64,000 bases of DNA. Source: Lepidodermella squamata. Taxonomy: Eukaryota > Animalia > Gastrotricha. Both the position numbers and the translations under genes were made by a program. The stretch spans positions 682,001 through 746,000 of the forward strand of contig JBLDXI010000030.1 of the NCBI GenBank assembly GCA_047495785.1. The letters run 5' to 3'. The notes under the pieces are model-generated. The model saw nothing but the letters and a program-made list of their open reading frames with translations. It searched no databases and was not told where the DNA came from. Below are positions 12,227 through 25,359 of the stretch, piece after piece; position 1 is the stretch's first letter; each line of letters starts with the position of its first letter.

Positions 12227-12725
12227 TAAATTTTTGAAAGGGCAGTTCAGATAGCATAGTTCTTCTGTTAAGTAGCTGTATGAAGATAAAGAGTAAAGAG
12301 CACGCTTTGAACATAATCAATCATCAACAGTCGGATAGGTTAGTCGCAGATGACGAAGGAGGAGCACGTAAGGAAACCAGCAGGATTCATCACAATGTCG
12401 CCTTCAGAAATCGGAACTGTAGCGTGTCCTCGGGAAAACTCGAAAAAAGTGTTTTAGGGACGAATGTCAAGGCAGGGATTGTCCATTCATAATTTATACG
12501 TTCGTGAAGGCATAAATGTCTTATAAAATTGAAAATCCAAACAAAAATGACTGGTAAACCCCTCGAAAATGATGATAATTCTGACTAATATTGATTACAT
12601 GAATTCCATTTTTTTATTTCCTGCTCTAATAGTTGAAAAGCGTAATTTCAACAAAATGGCCTAGGCGATCATCAATGGCAGCAATAACTAGCAGGCCTCA
12701 TGTGCACATTTCATGTGTCTGTCGC

Positions 12726-13958
12726 TTATGCTTTCATGAAAGCTTTTAATTGTGTACTGCTTGCTGACTGGTTAGTTGAAATTGGCGACGGACATTCTGC
12801 AGCAACTTTACGCTGCATCCTGCGCTTGAATTTGTTAGAGAAACCAGGCCGCAGTATTTGGATGATAGGGGCGAATATCAATTGAAGTATGAAGATTATC
12901 ATCACGCCCTTGTTAGACCAATATGTCACATATCTCGGGCCAACTTCACGATAGAAAGCTATAAAGATTAACTGAATTAAAACAGGCGGGTAAAACACGA
13001 GAAAGGTGATGAAGGTAGCCAGTGACTGCTTCAAGAAAAACAATTCCCGCTTCTTCCAATCAGCCTTTCTATGCGCAGCGGCCAGAGCCCATGCGTAGCT
13101 AACCGACCGGATCTTCCCATATATTTGCCTGAAAATTGACGATCGAGAGTTAGTCTTGAAAAAGCGGACATGAGAATCTTACTTGAAGTTGTAAATCATG
13201 ACAAGTGAGCAGGAAATTGTAGCTGCACCGCTCGAAAGCGCAAAAATAGCAGCAGTGTCCACGTCCCAGGCCACATGGCTTTCCCAGCTGGCGCAAACCG
13301 GGAAAGCCGTATCGTTGCTCAGCTGAGGTAGGTGAATTAGTTTCACCCCGATATTTCGAAAGGGATACACGCTGAAAACTCCCATTGCAAGCATGGAGGA
13401 AACGTAGAGAGAAATTAGCATGAAAATGATCTGAAAAGGCATTAATCACAATCTATTCAACTGTTGGAAAATGAGCTCACATACCCTCTTTTGGTTGTAC
13501 TTCTGGTCGACGACGTCCGATACCACGCGAATTCGGCGTTCGAAGGTTATGAGAGTTAAAACAAAGAAATTCATGCCAGCCATGGCATAGATTAACCAAA
13601 GAAGCGTAATACACGAAGCGTCTCCCAATTCCCAATAGCCGGTCGGCAGAACTATGAGGATGCCCATTAGGTAAAGCACGGCAAAAAGCATGCTGGACAC
13701 ATTCAATGCGGTGACTAGAATGCGAAAGTCTAGTTTGACCTCTCGTTTTCGATATAACACAATATTTGCGATATTTGTAGCAATTAAGATGAGTGTAAGC
13801 AAAGAAAATGGCGCGGCGAACTTGAGACGGTCAGAAAACGCGTTGGATCTCAAGTTATGAAATAGACCTACGAAGTAAGGCCTCGCTCCAGCAAAACCAC
13901 GGTCGGGTAGATCGACCGATATCCAAGCGTCTCCGATTATTTCACCCGTAAGATTCAT
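12726..13958 (-). CDS. Divergent class-A-like 7TM receptor, copy 3 (3 exons)
   Basis: MNLTGEIIG, ARPYFVG, ITFERR, PVCASW, FFLKQS, YWSNKG, APIIQ. Confidence 0.82.
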
Positions 13959-14790
13959 TTAATTTTAAATTATGCCTTTGAGGATGTCTCTTCAAGTTAG
14001 TCATTCTGATCATTAGCTGTAAACCGAGCGGAGCACGGTCGTGAACATAAAAATATGGCTAATGCTCGCCCGATGGCGTATGGAAGAGAGGGTTTTGAAA
14101 TCAGAACAAATTTTTGTCGACGGGAATGCGCGAAAACGTGGGTTGCATGTCTGCGGAGCGTGGGGTGTCCGGGAACTTCATGGTTCAAAATTAGCCCGAC
14201 CTCAGACTCGTTAGCCGAGGAAAGAAGCGCAAGAAATATTGGCAATCTTGTCGCTCCCGAGATTCAACTCGAGGGCATTCAGATAAGTGTCATAGTGTCA
14301 AGTGGTAAGTTTCATAGGTCTTAAAAAACTGCTCCTCAGGTGTTCTTCTTTCATTCGTCGAACAATTCTTTGTTTCATAGTTTGTATCAATTTTTGTTCC
14401 TTTCTCATTTAAAGGTCCATAGTACACGAGTGTTGTGTAGGACATGGTTGGGTAAGGAGTTGGGGGACACAAACTCGAATTCAACGATTTGCGTCGAAAG
14501 GCATCGAGCGATCCAGCTTGTTGAATGCATCATGCATCATGAGTCACATTGATATTAATGCATCGGAGTCCATCTGCCAGCCGGTTTTAATGCTCACAAA
14601 ACACAACTCGTGAAAAATAGGATGGAAGATGATACCACTAGATTTTTGAAAGATTCTCAAATAATCTTCATTCTTCATTTTTAAACATTGAAGGACATAT
14701 ATATTCACCGGTGATCACTCGCAGCAAAAACTGACAGTCTATTTTTAGATTCGCGTATTTCATAAAGCAACAATTAATACTAGACAGCTT

Positions 14791-15997
14791 TTAATTAGTT
14801 GATGTCTGATTAGCTGAACATGGCGACGGACTCTCAACAGCAACTTTTCGCTGCTTCCTGCGCTTAAAATCATCAGAAAACCCGGGCCACAGTATTTGGA
14901 TGATAGGAGTGAATATCAATTGAAGAATAAAGGTTATTATCACGCCTTTGTTAGACCAATACGTCACGTATCTCGGTCCAACGTCACGATAGAGAGCGAT
15001 GAAGATTAACTGAATTAAAAATGGCGGGTAGAATATGAGAAATGTGATAAAGGTAGCGAATGACTGCTTCACGAAGAACAATTCGCGCTTCTTCCAATCA
15101 GCCATTTTTTTCATAGTGATTCGAGCCCAAACGAAGCTAAGCGACCTTATCTTGAGATAGATTTGTCTGAAAAAAGCGTTGGTGAGTCAGTCTTGAAATA
15201 TTACTGAAATAGTAATATTACCTGAAGTTGTAAATCATAACTACAGAGCAGAAAATTGATCCCAAAATGCTAGACAGCGCAAAGAGCGCAGCAGTGTCTA
15301 AGCCCCATACTACATGACTTTCCCAGATGGCACAGACGGGAAACAGCGTTTCGTTGTTCAATTCAGGTAGACGAATCATTCTGACCCCGAAGTTTCGAAA
15401 TGGATAAACGCTGAACATACCCATAGCAATCATGCTAAATAGGTAGAGAAATATTAGCGCGAGAATGATCTGAAAAGCACAGCGATGATATTCTTGTATT
15501 ATACCTGCAAATTGATTGCTCACCCTCTTCTGGTTACTCTTCTGCTCGACCGCTGTCGAAACCACGCAAAGCCGGCGTTCAAAGCTGATCAGAGTTAGAA
15601 CGAAGCAACTCATGCCGGCCATAGAATAGAGTAACCAAAGAAGCGTAATACACGAAGCGTCGCCTAATACCCAAAAACCGGTTGGCACAACTATGAGAAT
15701 GCCGACTAGGTAAAGCACACCGAAAGCCGTGCCGGATACATTCAGTGCAGCGAGAAGAATGCGGAAGTCGACCCTGACGTCTCGTTTTCGGTAGATGACG
15801 ATATTTGCAGTATTAGACACCACAAGGATGACGATAACCATTGTAAGTGGCACCGCGAAGTCGAGACGGTCCGATAGTGTTTTGGATCTCAAATTATGTA
15901 ATAGACCTACATAATACGGCCTCGGTCCGCCGAAGCCACGGTCTGGCAGATCAACGAATATCCAATCGTCGCCGATAATTTCACCTGTTATATTCAT
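14791..15997 (-). CDS. Divergent class-A-like 7TM receptor, copy 4 (3 exons)
   Basis: MNITGEIIG, PRPYYVG, ISFERR, ADWKKRELFFVKQS; the first intron happens to be stop-free and in frame in the ORF track. Confidence 0.82.
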
Positions 15998-16574
15998 CAC
16001 ACAATTAAAATAATAAATAATCTTTTTCGTTGGAATATTTACGGTTATATAGGATTATTCTTTATTCTGATTAGCTGTGGTTAGAGTTCGGCTAGTGGTT
16101 CCCAGACGAAATAGAAGGAGCAGACAATGCGGCAAGGTCTGTTACAATTACGCCTTCAGAAATTAAAACTCGTTCCTCCGTTGAGAAATTTACGATTACG
16201 TGGTTATGCGGGGTTGGACGGGGGACATGTCTGTTTTTAATATTAGCTCCCAACGTCTGTAGAAGTATTTTTCCAGAAGGCGAACGGCTACCTGCGTGAC
16301 GCGGCTATAAGTAGCCTGCAACTGTAACATAACGTCATAGCTTCGAGTTGATCCGCTATCTGCCAAAAGCGAGATCTCGTCTAAAAGGTGGCAATAATGG
16401 CATTTGATCGAATTTGACATTCTCTGCAGTGCGCAAAGTAGTATTTTCGAACTAGGGGTATTGACGGGCCCACATATTATGACCAAAGGCCCCTTTTGGG
16501 GCTTTGTTTTTACTGTTTTCTTTACGCTTTTTTCAAATTTATCATTAATAGATTTGAATGGAAAGTATCATCAT

Positions 16575-17738
16575 CTAGCGACACAGCTTCCGCTGAAAAG
16601 CATCGCTGAAACCTGGTGTCAAACTTTGAATGATTGGTGCAAGCGCCATCTGGATTGCGAACGAAAACACCGCTCCCTTGTGAAACCAATACGTCATATA
16701 GCTTGGACCAACACTTCCGTAGCACGCGACCATGATGAATGATATAGCTACTGGCATGTTGAAGACGAAAAACGTGACGAAGGTAGCGAAAGACTGCTTC
16801 ACGAAGAAAACTTCACGCCTACGCCAGTCACTCGCCATTGAAATACTAGCTCTAACGATCGCTATGCCGACGTGAACAGATCTAATTTTTCGAAAAATTT
16901 TCCTGAAAAATGGATGCATTGTAAGCGATAAAATCATGTTTTCACAGTTTCAAAGCTACCAAAAATTATATGCTAGAATGCATGAGCAAAAGATCGGAGT
17001 TGCAAGCATGGAAATAGCTGGCAAAATTCCGGAGTCGACGTCAGAAGATCCAAGTCGGTATTCCCAGCTAGAACAAATCGGGAAAACTGTTTCATTGCTG
17101 ATTTCAGGAATGCTAACATATCTGAGGCTATAGATTTGAAGTGGGTAAACATTTAGCAGTCCTGACAAAACTAAGCCACTGATGACAGTTAAGAGCAGGA
17201 ACACAGCAATCTGAAATGAGATCGGTATAGCTTCGATTTGTAAAATCTCTCAGCTCACCTTTCTAGCGTTCGATTTTTGATCCACACTGTCCGAGAGTAC
17301 ACAATACCTTCGCTCAAAGCTGATCATCGTCAGGATGATATAACTCATGCTACCAATGCTGAAAAGTATCCACGATATTATGTTACAAGACGTTTCGCCA
17401 GCCTCCCAAAACCCGGTTGGCAAAACAATGAGAAACGCAGCGGCGTAGAGTGACACGAAAGTCACGTGAGTAAAATTTAGCGCACTGATCAGTATAAGAA
17501 AGTCGCGCTTGACTTTCCGCTTGACGTAAATTACAACATTTGCGATGTTTGTGATGATTAGAAAGACGAGAAGAATAGCGTAAGGTATATTGAATGCTAA
17601 TCGATCTTCCAACGATCTCTCCTCCAGATTATGGAACCAGCCTACAAAGTAAGGACGGGGTAGCGCGAAACCTCGATCTGCAGCTTCAATGAGCAGCCAG
17701 GATCCGCCCAACAGCTTTCCTGTTGTTACATTCGGCAT
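16575..17738 (-). CDS. Divergent class-A-like 7TM receptor, copy 5 (3 exons)
   Basis: PRPYFVGWFHN, ISFERR, PICSSW, SDWRRREVFFVKQS, YWFHKG. Confidence 0.82.
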
Positions 17739-18166
17739 CTTTCAACTTTTACGATGAGGAAAAGAGGTCAATTTGAAGGCTTTTATTCATTTTATCGGCA
17801 TTTTGTGTGATATTACGACGAATGATATCGGGCTAGCTAGCCTAACGAAGCTAATTAAATCGGGATTTTCTACTCGAAGCTTCCCTATACAGGAGTGTAC
17901 TGACAAATGAGAAAATGCACTCAGAAAAGCTGCATTTAAAATCTATGGAGATACAATTTTTGATACAGAAATTTATTAATGCCATGTTAACTTTGAAAGA
18001 TACATTCAAAAGAACTGCAAAAGCCATTTCCCACCATTTTACACGATTTCACGAGGGAGATCGAAAAGCCGAAGTATTTCAGAAAAAAAACCCAACAATA
18101 CCAGGGTAATATCCTAGAAAGATTTAATCAAATGTCGTTTTATTTGAAAGTACAAGCATGAGATTT

Positions 18167-19371
18167 TCAATTTGTCGATTCATTAGAATTGCGAGTTGAT
18201 ACATGAATAGTCTCAACTTTCCGGCCACGTTTGAAAACGCGACTAAAGCCCGGCCTCAGGCTTTGAACAACCGGGGCGAGAGCCATTTGAAACGTGAAAG
18301 CAAACGCAGCTCCTTTATGAACCCAGTATGTCAAATGCCGTGGTCCTATGTCCCAATAGCAAGCAGTCAGCGTGAATGAAACAGCGATGGGTATGTGGAA
18401 TACGGCAAATGTTACAAATGAGACTAAGGACTGATTCACGAAAAACATCTCGCGTTTCCGCCAATCAGCTTTCATGACAACGCTAGTTCGAACAATTGCC
18501 ATTCCAACATGAGCCGATCGGATTTTTCGAAAGATTTTCCTAACAGAAATTCAAAAATTCAAATGAAATCATAAAATCGCTGGTGAAGTACCAGAAATTA
18601 TAGGCAAGTATTATAGAGCAAGCAATTGGTGTTAGGCACATGGACAGAGCCCCGAAAATAGCTGTATCAGCCTGGGTAGACCCGAGCCTGAAGTCCCATC
18701 CAGCGCATAGAGCATAAATTGTTTCATTGCTCAGCTCAGGAATCTTGACGTATCTCACTGAGAATGTTTGGAATGGATAAAACGACAGAAGTGCCGAAGA
18801 TATCAAGCAGGCTGCGAAGAAAGCTACCAAGAACAAAACGATCTAATTCAAAATAAAATTAACCAGATTGTATGAAACCGGCAGTAATGCTCACCTTTTT
18901 AACATTATTCCGTTGTTCCAAGCTATTCGACAGTACGCACAGTCGCCTCTCAAAACTTATCATTGTCAGAATGAAATAGCTCATGCCACCAATTGCGTAG
19001 AGGAGAAATAATAGAATCGTGCAGCTTTCTGGACTAGCTTCCCAAGACCCAGTTGGAAGTACAATGAAGAAAGCTGTTGCGTACAGCGATACAAAAGCAA
19101 TATGCGTAATGTTAAGCGCAGTCACCAAAATCAGAAAATCCAGCTTAACATTTCGTTTTACGTAAATAGCAATATTAACCACATTTGTGATGATTAAGAT
19201 AACGACGAGGATTGCGAAGGGTAGGATGAAAGCTAGCCTGTCAGCCACCGTCCGAGCTTCGAAGTTGTGAAACCAGCCGATGAAGTAAGGTCTAGGTTCA
19301 GGGAAGCCGCGATCCGGTGCGTCGATCAGCAGCCACGAGCTACCGATAAGTTTTCCTTGAGAATAGTTCAT
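18167..19371 (-). CDS. Divergent class-A-like 7TM receptor, copy 6 (3 exons)
   Basis: Start MNYSQGKLIG at 19371; PRPYFIGWFHN, ISFERR, ADWRKREMFFVNQS. Confidence 0.82.
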
Positions 19372-19635
19372 TAGTAGCCTGAATTCTGAATCGATGAAAA
19401 TACTTCTTACCATCGCGATGAGCTTTAAAAGTCTGACGAAGGTAATTATAAACGGTGAGCAAAGCCAATTTACTTTCGAAACTTGGATATAGCGTCTATA
19501 GTCAATAATCAGGTAATTAATAAGAATAACGAGCATTGCATGTGAATGGGGATAGTTAGGCTGATATGTCACTTGTCGATCGTCTTTGCCGCCTCGGAGT
19601 TGTCAAATCCGCGTTTTGCCTCGACCGTCTCGGGT

Positions 19636-22600
19636 TCAACGCATTTGCGGAGGCCTACTGCCCTGGCGCGCTAGATGGTGCCGACTATTTGTTACAACAT
19701 CATCGATCATCGAGTAGTTACTACCACTCGGCTGTTGGCTTTGCCGCTCGCTCTCATTCAAGTACCGCGTCTCAGATCTCAGCCGAGTGGGATGAGATTC
19801 AGCAATTACTGGCAATGGTCCATGGTGTATATGTACAGGGTCTTGTTGTTGAATCTCTGTCCGCCTAGCAGCTGAGCGTGACCTCCGCTCCCTCATCGAG
19901 TAATTACTCCCGCTAGACTGTTGGCTTTGCCGCTCGCTTTGATTCAAATAACGCGTCTCGGATATCAGCCGAGGAGGCTGGGATTCTACTATCGCTGGGT
20001 CCACAGCATTCGGTTGTTGAGATTGGCTGCGCCGAGCTGCTGACCTCCTCTCCCTCGACTCTTCCCTCGAAGATTTCGAAGAGGCGGATCTCAGAACAGG
20101 AACTGGAGCGTTTAGTTCAGAATTTGTCTCCTCAGCAGTCAGAGATGGAGTTATTTCTCGAGATTCCTTAATGAAGCGACGCAATAGCCGCAACTTGGCC
20201 ACATCTTCGAATTCATCGACAATCTTCTCGCGACGTGGTGATCCAGCGGCATTGCTCATAATTTCAAGGTCCTCCCGGATCGGGTGCAGAGGTCGCTCCT
20301 TTCGAGTGACTCCCTCTGCTGTGGGGCCGGAAGATGATGACGCATTTTCAACCTTAATCTCAGGGGCAAGTTTTGGAGTTAGGACCGTAGTATAGTAGTA
20401 TTCCTTTTCCTCCTCTTTCGTCTCGGTTTTGATGTTCATCATTTCGCAGCAAGTCTTAGAAATCGGGCCAAACTGGCACAAAGCAACTGGTAGAATGATC
20501 ATCATGAAGAAGATCCCAGAGCAAACAGCGATGAAGAAAACCCGGAAGAATGAGTACAACGTATAATTGGGCGATACAGACAGGACGATGACAGATAATA
20601 TAGTGCCGCAAGCAGCTGGCCCCGTCTCAGCAATCAGCTCGCCCAGAAGATGCCTCGCCTTCCGGTATCGAATTACAGAAGCTTTTAGTGGCAATTCGTC
20701 CCCAGGCTCTGGCTCGACTTCAATCACCGTGAACGTGTAGATGCAGTGGCAAATGTAGTCCGAAGTCGCGCCAACTGACATTAGGATCCAAATCAAAGTG
20801 ACTGGGTCGAGACTCACGTCCCACAGCGTCATTCCAGCTAGGGTGAACACCATATTCGAAAGCGTTGGGACTGTCATCCAGAAAATGCATATCGGGTGAG
20901 GAATCATTATCAGAGAAGTCACAACTGTCGCTGCAACGGTAATTAGCGAAAAGTAAACGAATTGATACGGCATGCTGACGACTTGATCGAAGAATCTCAG
21001 CATCTTAGTTGGATCGGTTAGGTACATGTGGAAGCCGGGTTCTTTCTCGTAGCCGCTTTGGAGATCTTTCAGGCGTTCGGCCAACTCCGCCCCTCGCTTC
21101 AGCTCACCGACGTTCATCATTTGGAAGATGTTCAGCGCAACGATACGCTCGTCTTCTCGACCAACGCCGACGATTCTCGGCCTACGGCGCACGTCATCGG
21201 TTTTATCGGCAATGTATTGAACAGCTGCGACGAAATCGTCCGTAAGGTTGTAAGGCACCTTGACGTCTCTGAACGGGACTCGGTTGAGCTTTGGCCCCCA
21301 GATGTACATGTCGAAAGACTCGATTTTCTCTGCGATTTCGACGATTTTCTCCCGAATTTTCGTAAAGTTTCTGTCGTAATTCAGGGTTTCGAAATCGAGC
21401 AGCATTTGAACTTGAAAGTACTCGACAAAATATCGGAAATACTTCCAATCTGCTAGTTTGTACGGGTATGTGTTGGATCGTATATTAGCCAATCTAGCCG
21501 GGTGGAAGCCGATTGAAATTTTAGTCCATATCACATAAATAGCTAGAGAGAGTAGCACAATTAAACCGATTAGAACAATCACGCGAGATATAGGATGTAG
21601 CAGCTTTGGCGCAACGTGCTTCGAGGCCAAGACTTTGCCACTTGAGAATTCGGTATAATTTTCAATATGGTCATGTTCGTTGTATTGCGAAGTGACGTAC
21701 ACCGAAGATGCCTCAGATTTAGCTATTGTAGCTACGTTCACATACACTTCAGGCTCCGGCTCTTTGGAAATTTCTTCTTCCGAAGGCTGAGATTCCTTAG
21801 TTTTTTCCAAGCGCCCGTAGCTGCAGCATAAGACTCGACAATCAGACATTTGCAAGATATCTAAAAAAGCAATCAAAATTGGAATTGTTATGGGTGCAAT
21901 CTTTTTTACGATCTCAGGTTTTTTTAAATTTTTAACCTTTCACTAATGTTTTCCCTTAAATTCGAGCTAGAATCATGAAGTAAATTCCCAATTACTAGTT
22001 TTCAGTTCATATATAAAACGTAATTGAGTACAAGTACTTTTTACAAATCAGTATAAAACGTAGTCAGTTCGCATGAAAATGGTCATTGGGGAAGTGCAAG
22101 GGCACAAAAGTCGAGCTTTGTTAAACTTCGAAACCATTGCCGACATTTTCGGCGGTTTCAGAAATCAACAGGGTCCTCACCGTGTTGAATTTTCCAACGA
22201 GAGTCAGAAAATGGGGAGGCCCCTAGCGTATAAAGCCCCCTCTGAGGGCCTTATGGCCCTAAGGCAATTGCCTTGTTAGCCTGATGGAAAACCCATCACT
22301 GGCCGAACTAATCCTTATCCTAACCCAAACCCAACGCTGAACCCTAAACCGAACCCTAAGCCTAGTACCCAGCCCCAACCTCTCACCTCAATTTCCAATT
22401 AATGAAAAAATGTGTAAGGTTATTCCGTCACACATATGCGTGAAAGAGCAACTTTATGATTAGTTATTAATTTTTAAGAAAAGCTCACTTTCATGTGTCC
22501 GCTTTGGAACAGGCAGGCAGCAGCAACAGCACGAATGGAATTTGCCCTTATCTCCCTTATCCGACATGACGACCAGAGCTACGAAAATTGTCATTTGGAG

Positions 22601-25359
22601 CACAAAGTCATAGCCTAGAACGAAAAGTGCGAAATTCGAATAGGTGTTGATGGCCGGGAAAGGGGCAGATGTGCTGATGACAAAGTCCAACTGGGTCATG
22701 ATAACAGTCACGAAAATTGATGTGCCGCCCTCCAGCATCATTAGCTTGGCTCGTTCTTCTCGTGGAAGCCGAGGATCAGTATTGTCCCATGCGTTGATAA
22801 GGATGAACATGTCATCAAGACCAATGGCTGCAAAAAAATGTAGATTATCCCAGAAATTCTCAGATTTTTCCAAAATAATGGGAAGATTTCTGTTCAATTC
22901 GAATCATCTCTCGTTTTTTTAAAAATTCTAAACAATTTCGAAATTCTGAAAAATTCCATAACGAGGAATAACTCCAAAAAGAGGACAAATACGAAAGTTC
23001 TCTTACCTAGGGCCATTAAAGGGACAGCGATCAAGACATTTTGCATAGCGTCACCAAAATAGAACCTGCACCCGAACCCAGCACCACACGATGTAAGGGT
23101 GCACATGATGCCAGCAATGCCGTGCCACGGTTTCGAATTGACAACATCGCTGTTCAACGCACCGACCATGCACCAAATGAAGACGCACAGAAAGGTGATG
23201 CCAACTTTGGGCAGCTCTTGGAAATAGATCAACCGGGTAAACTCTTCATCTGTCTGGCCGTTGATCTCCCAGTACACGTTGATGTACTTAAGCTCTTTGT
23301 TAACTTCGCGTAGAAATTTTGACAGCTTTTTCTCGCTTTCAAACGTTTCGTCGATCCACGGTAGGTTGTAGTAGAAGTACATGGCTTTGATCTTGCTAAC
23401 TAGCGAGTTGTAGCCGTTTTTGTCGTCGGTTCGAACAACCCCGCCTAACATGTTCGAAAAACTAGTCTCACCGGGTAATCGGTAATCAGCCGGGTAAGTG
23501 ACATATTGTAGGAACGATGACATTTCATTAACGTCTGTGAACATGGTCTGAGTTGTAGTCACTTTGTCTATAAAACCAGCCTTCAGAAAATTCAAAAAAA
23601 TAATTATAAAAAAGCTGAACAATAACTTGAAGCTAACTCACGTCCTTTTTGAATTTTTGAACACCCTGCGCGACTTCAAACTGAAATTTAAAAAAATGCA
23701 TATTGTTTCAATGACATTTCACTGACAATATTTTAATAAATTTATAATAAAGAAAAAAGTTAAATTGTCAAAACGAATTCTATACCAATTTCAAAAATTA
23801 AAGATTAGTAAACTTACGAAATATACATTTTAAACGAACCAAATAAAAAATCCAAAATATCAGATTAATTTAATTTCAAAAAAATAATTGGAAAATTCCG
23901 CTGAATTGTGAAAATTAAAAAAATTAAAATCGCTGAATCGAAATTCACCTTCATTCGAAGAATGTCGCTAGCTTCACAGCAATAAAGCCTAGTGGCCTGG
24001 TTTGTCCCATCGTCCAAATCACAGCGTAACAGCTCGCGAATTCTATATACCAGTGAAAACATCTCCATGATAGTGTCGTAATGAATCAGCGTATCGTTTT
24101 TCGCCTCGACAATCATACTCTCCCGTCGCCAGTTGTCCCAATATCGGCAATGGAAAGGATTCGGGTCACTTTCGACAGCTCGCCTTCGCCTTAATATCGC
24201 TTCCTCTCTTTCCTTCTCCTTTTCCTTCGCTCGTTGTAGGACATCACGTTTCCACCTTATCGATCTAAAAAGAAAAGGAGTATTTTAATTTCATTGTGAA
24301 ATCAAAATGCACCAATGACTGCTCTGGACCACCAAGTGTTACCGATAAAATAAAAAACATTACCGGAAAGGGGTATGGAGGAGTACTACTAGTATGAACG
24401 GGGACCTCTTAGTTTCTTTGCGTTGGGTTGCAATCACAAATAAATGTACTAGAACAAAGCACAATCGAACTTTTTCAAATTCCTATCAACCTTGGATATA
24501 AGTAATTTCAACTTTGTGTAAAATCATCCTCAGGAATTGGTTAAACCTGGGTACAGAGCGCGAAGTGCAGGTTGGAATGGCGGTATCGTGTCCTCAGTTC
24601 GCGAGGCCAAGATGGAGAACCCCAAAAACCCAAGAGGATACCTTTTGGTCACAAAATTTGAGCCCAAAAATAGTTCCAGGGTCCTATTTACCGCACTGCC
24701 TGGGTGATGATTAAACTCGTTATTGTAATAATAATTTCAATTGTGTAATCGCAACTCTGCAACAAATAATTAGAAGCAATTTGTGATGCGGAAAAAAGCT
24801 AACAATAAAAGCGGAATTCTTCAAAGTATTGAATTATAAATTCTCACTTCAAATCGGCCTCGGGAGGGTTGACTAGGGCAACAGTTTTATTGACGTTCCA
24901 ATAATACTCGGTCGCGTTGAAAAAATCGCCAACGATATCATCGTCCAGATAATAACGGCTGTCAACCTGAACAAACTGGCTGATAATATCGCCAGTCGCG
25001 AATGTAATCTTAGTCAGACCGCTGAGACCAGCAGCGGCCAGGCCAATGCCGAGCAGCATGAACAGCCACGGCACTTTACCCATCATGTAGCCATAGCAGC
25101 CGAAGCACCACGACACGAAGTCTGGGATAATTCGATAGGAAAATGACGGGAGAGCAGGCCAGCCGTATTCGTGATGGCCATGCTGGTGGTTGTGGTTATG
25201 CTTCTTCTTATTCTTTTTAGGGGATTGGCTTGATTGAGATTTAGCATCGGCGTCATTTTCAACGGCTTCGATTATCACAAAATCCGTGGCAGGGTGTTCA
25301 CGTTGCTTCGAGCGGATTGAACTAGCCGTGTAGGAACTGGCTATCTTAGCCGTAAACAT
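19636..25359 (-). CDS. Patched-related (PTCHD/PTR-like) sterol-sensing-domain RND membrane protein, paralogue 1
   Basis: Multi-exon; SSD motifs SKPWHGIAG, AIGLDDMFIL, EGGTSIFVT; second TM bundle SLDPVTLI...SVGATSDYICH...FFRVFF. Confidence 0.88.
22310..22385 (-). repeat. Degenerate CCCTAA telomere-like tract inside an intron
   Basis: cctaacccaaacccaac...accctaaaccgaaccctaagcc. Confidence 0.45.
24554..24698. mobile_element. hAT-like MITE, family 1 (intronic)
   Basis: CAG...CTG ends, flanks CCTGGGTA/CCTGGGTG; aligns to the reverse complement of 28747-28902. Confidence 0.8.

Noticed and set aside
3955-19371. Opsin identity for the 7TM receptors because of a conserved TM7 lysine
   Set aside because: The Lys is 14 residues before the TM7 Pro position rather than 7, and NPxxY is absent.
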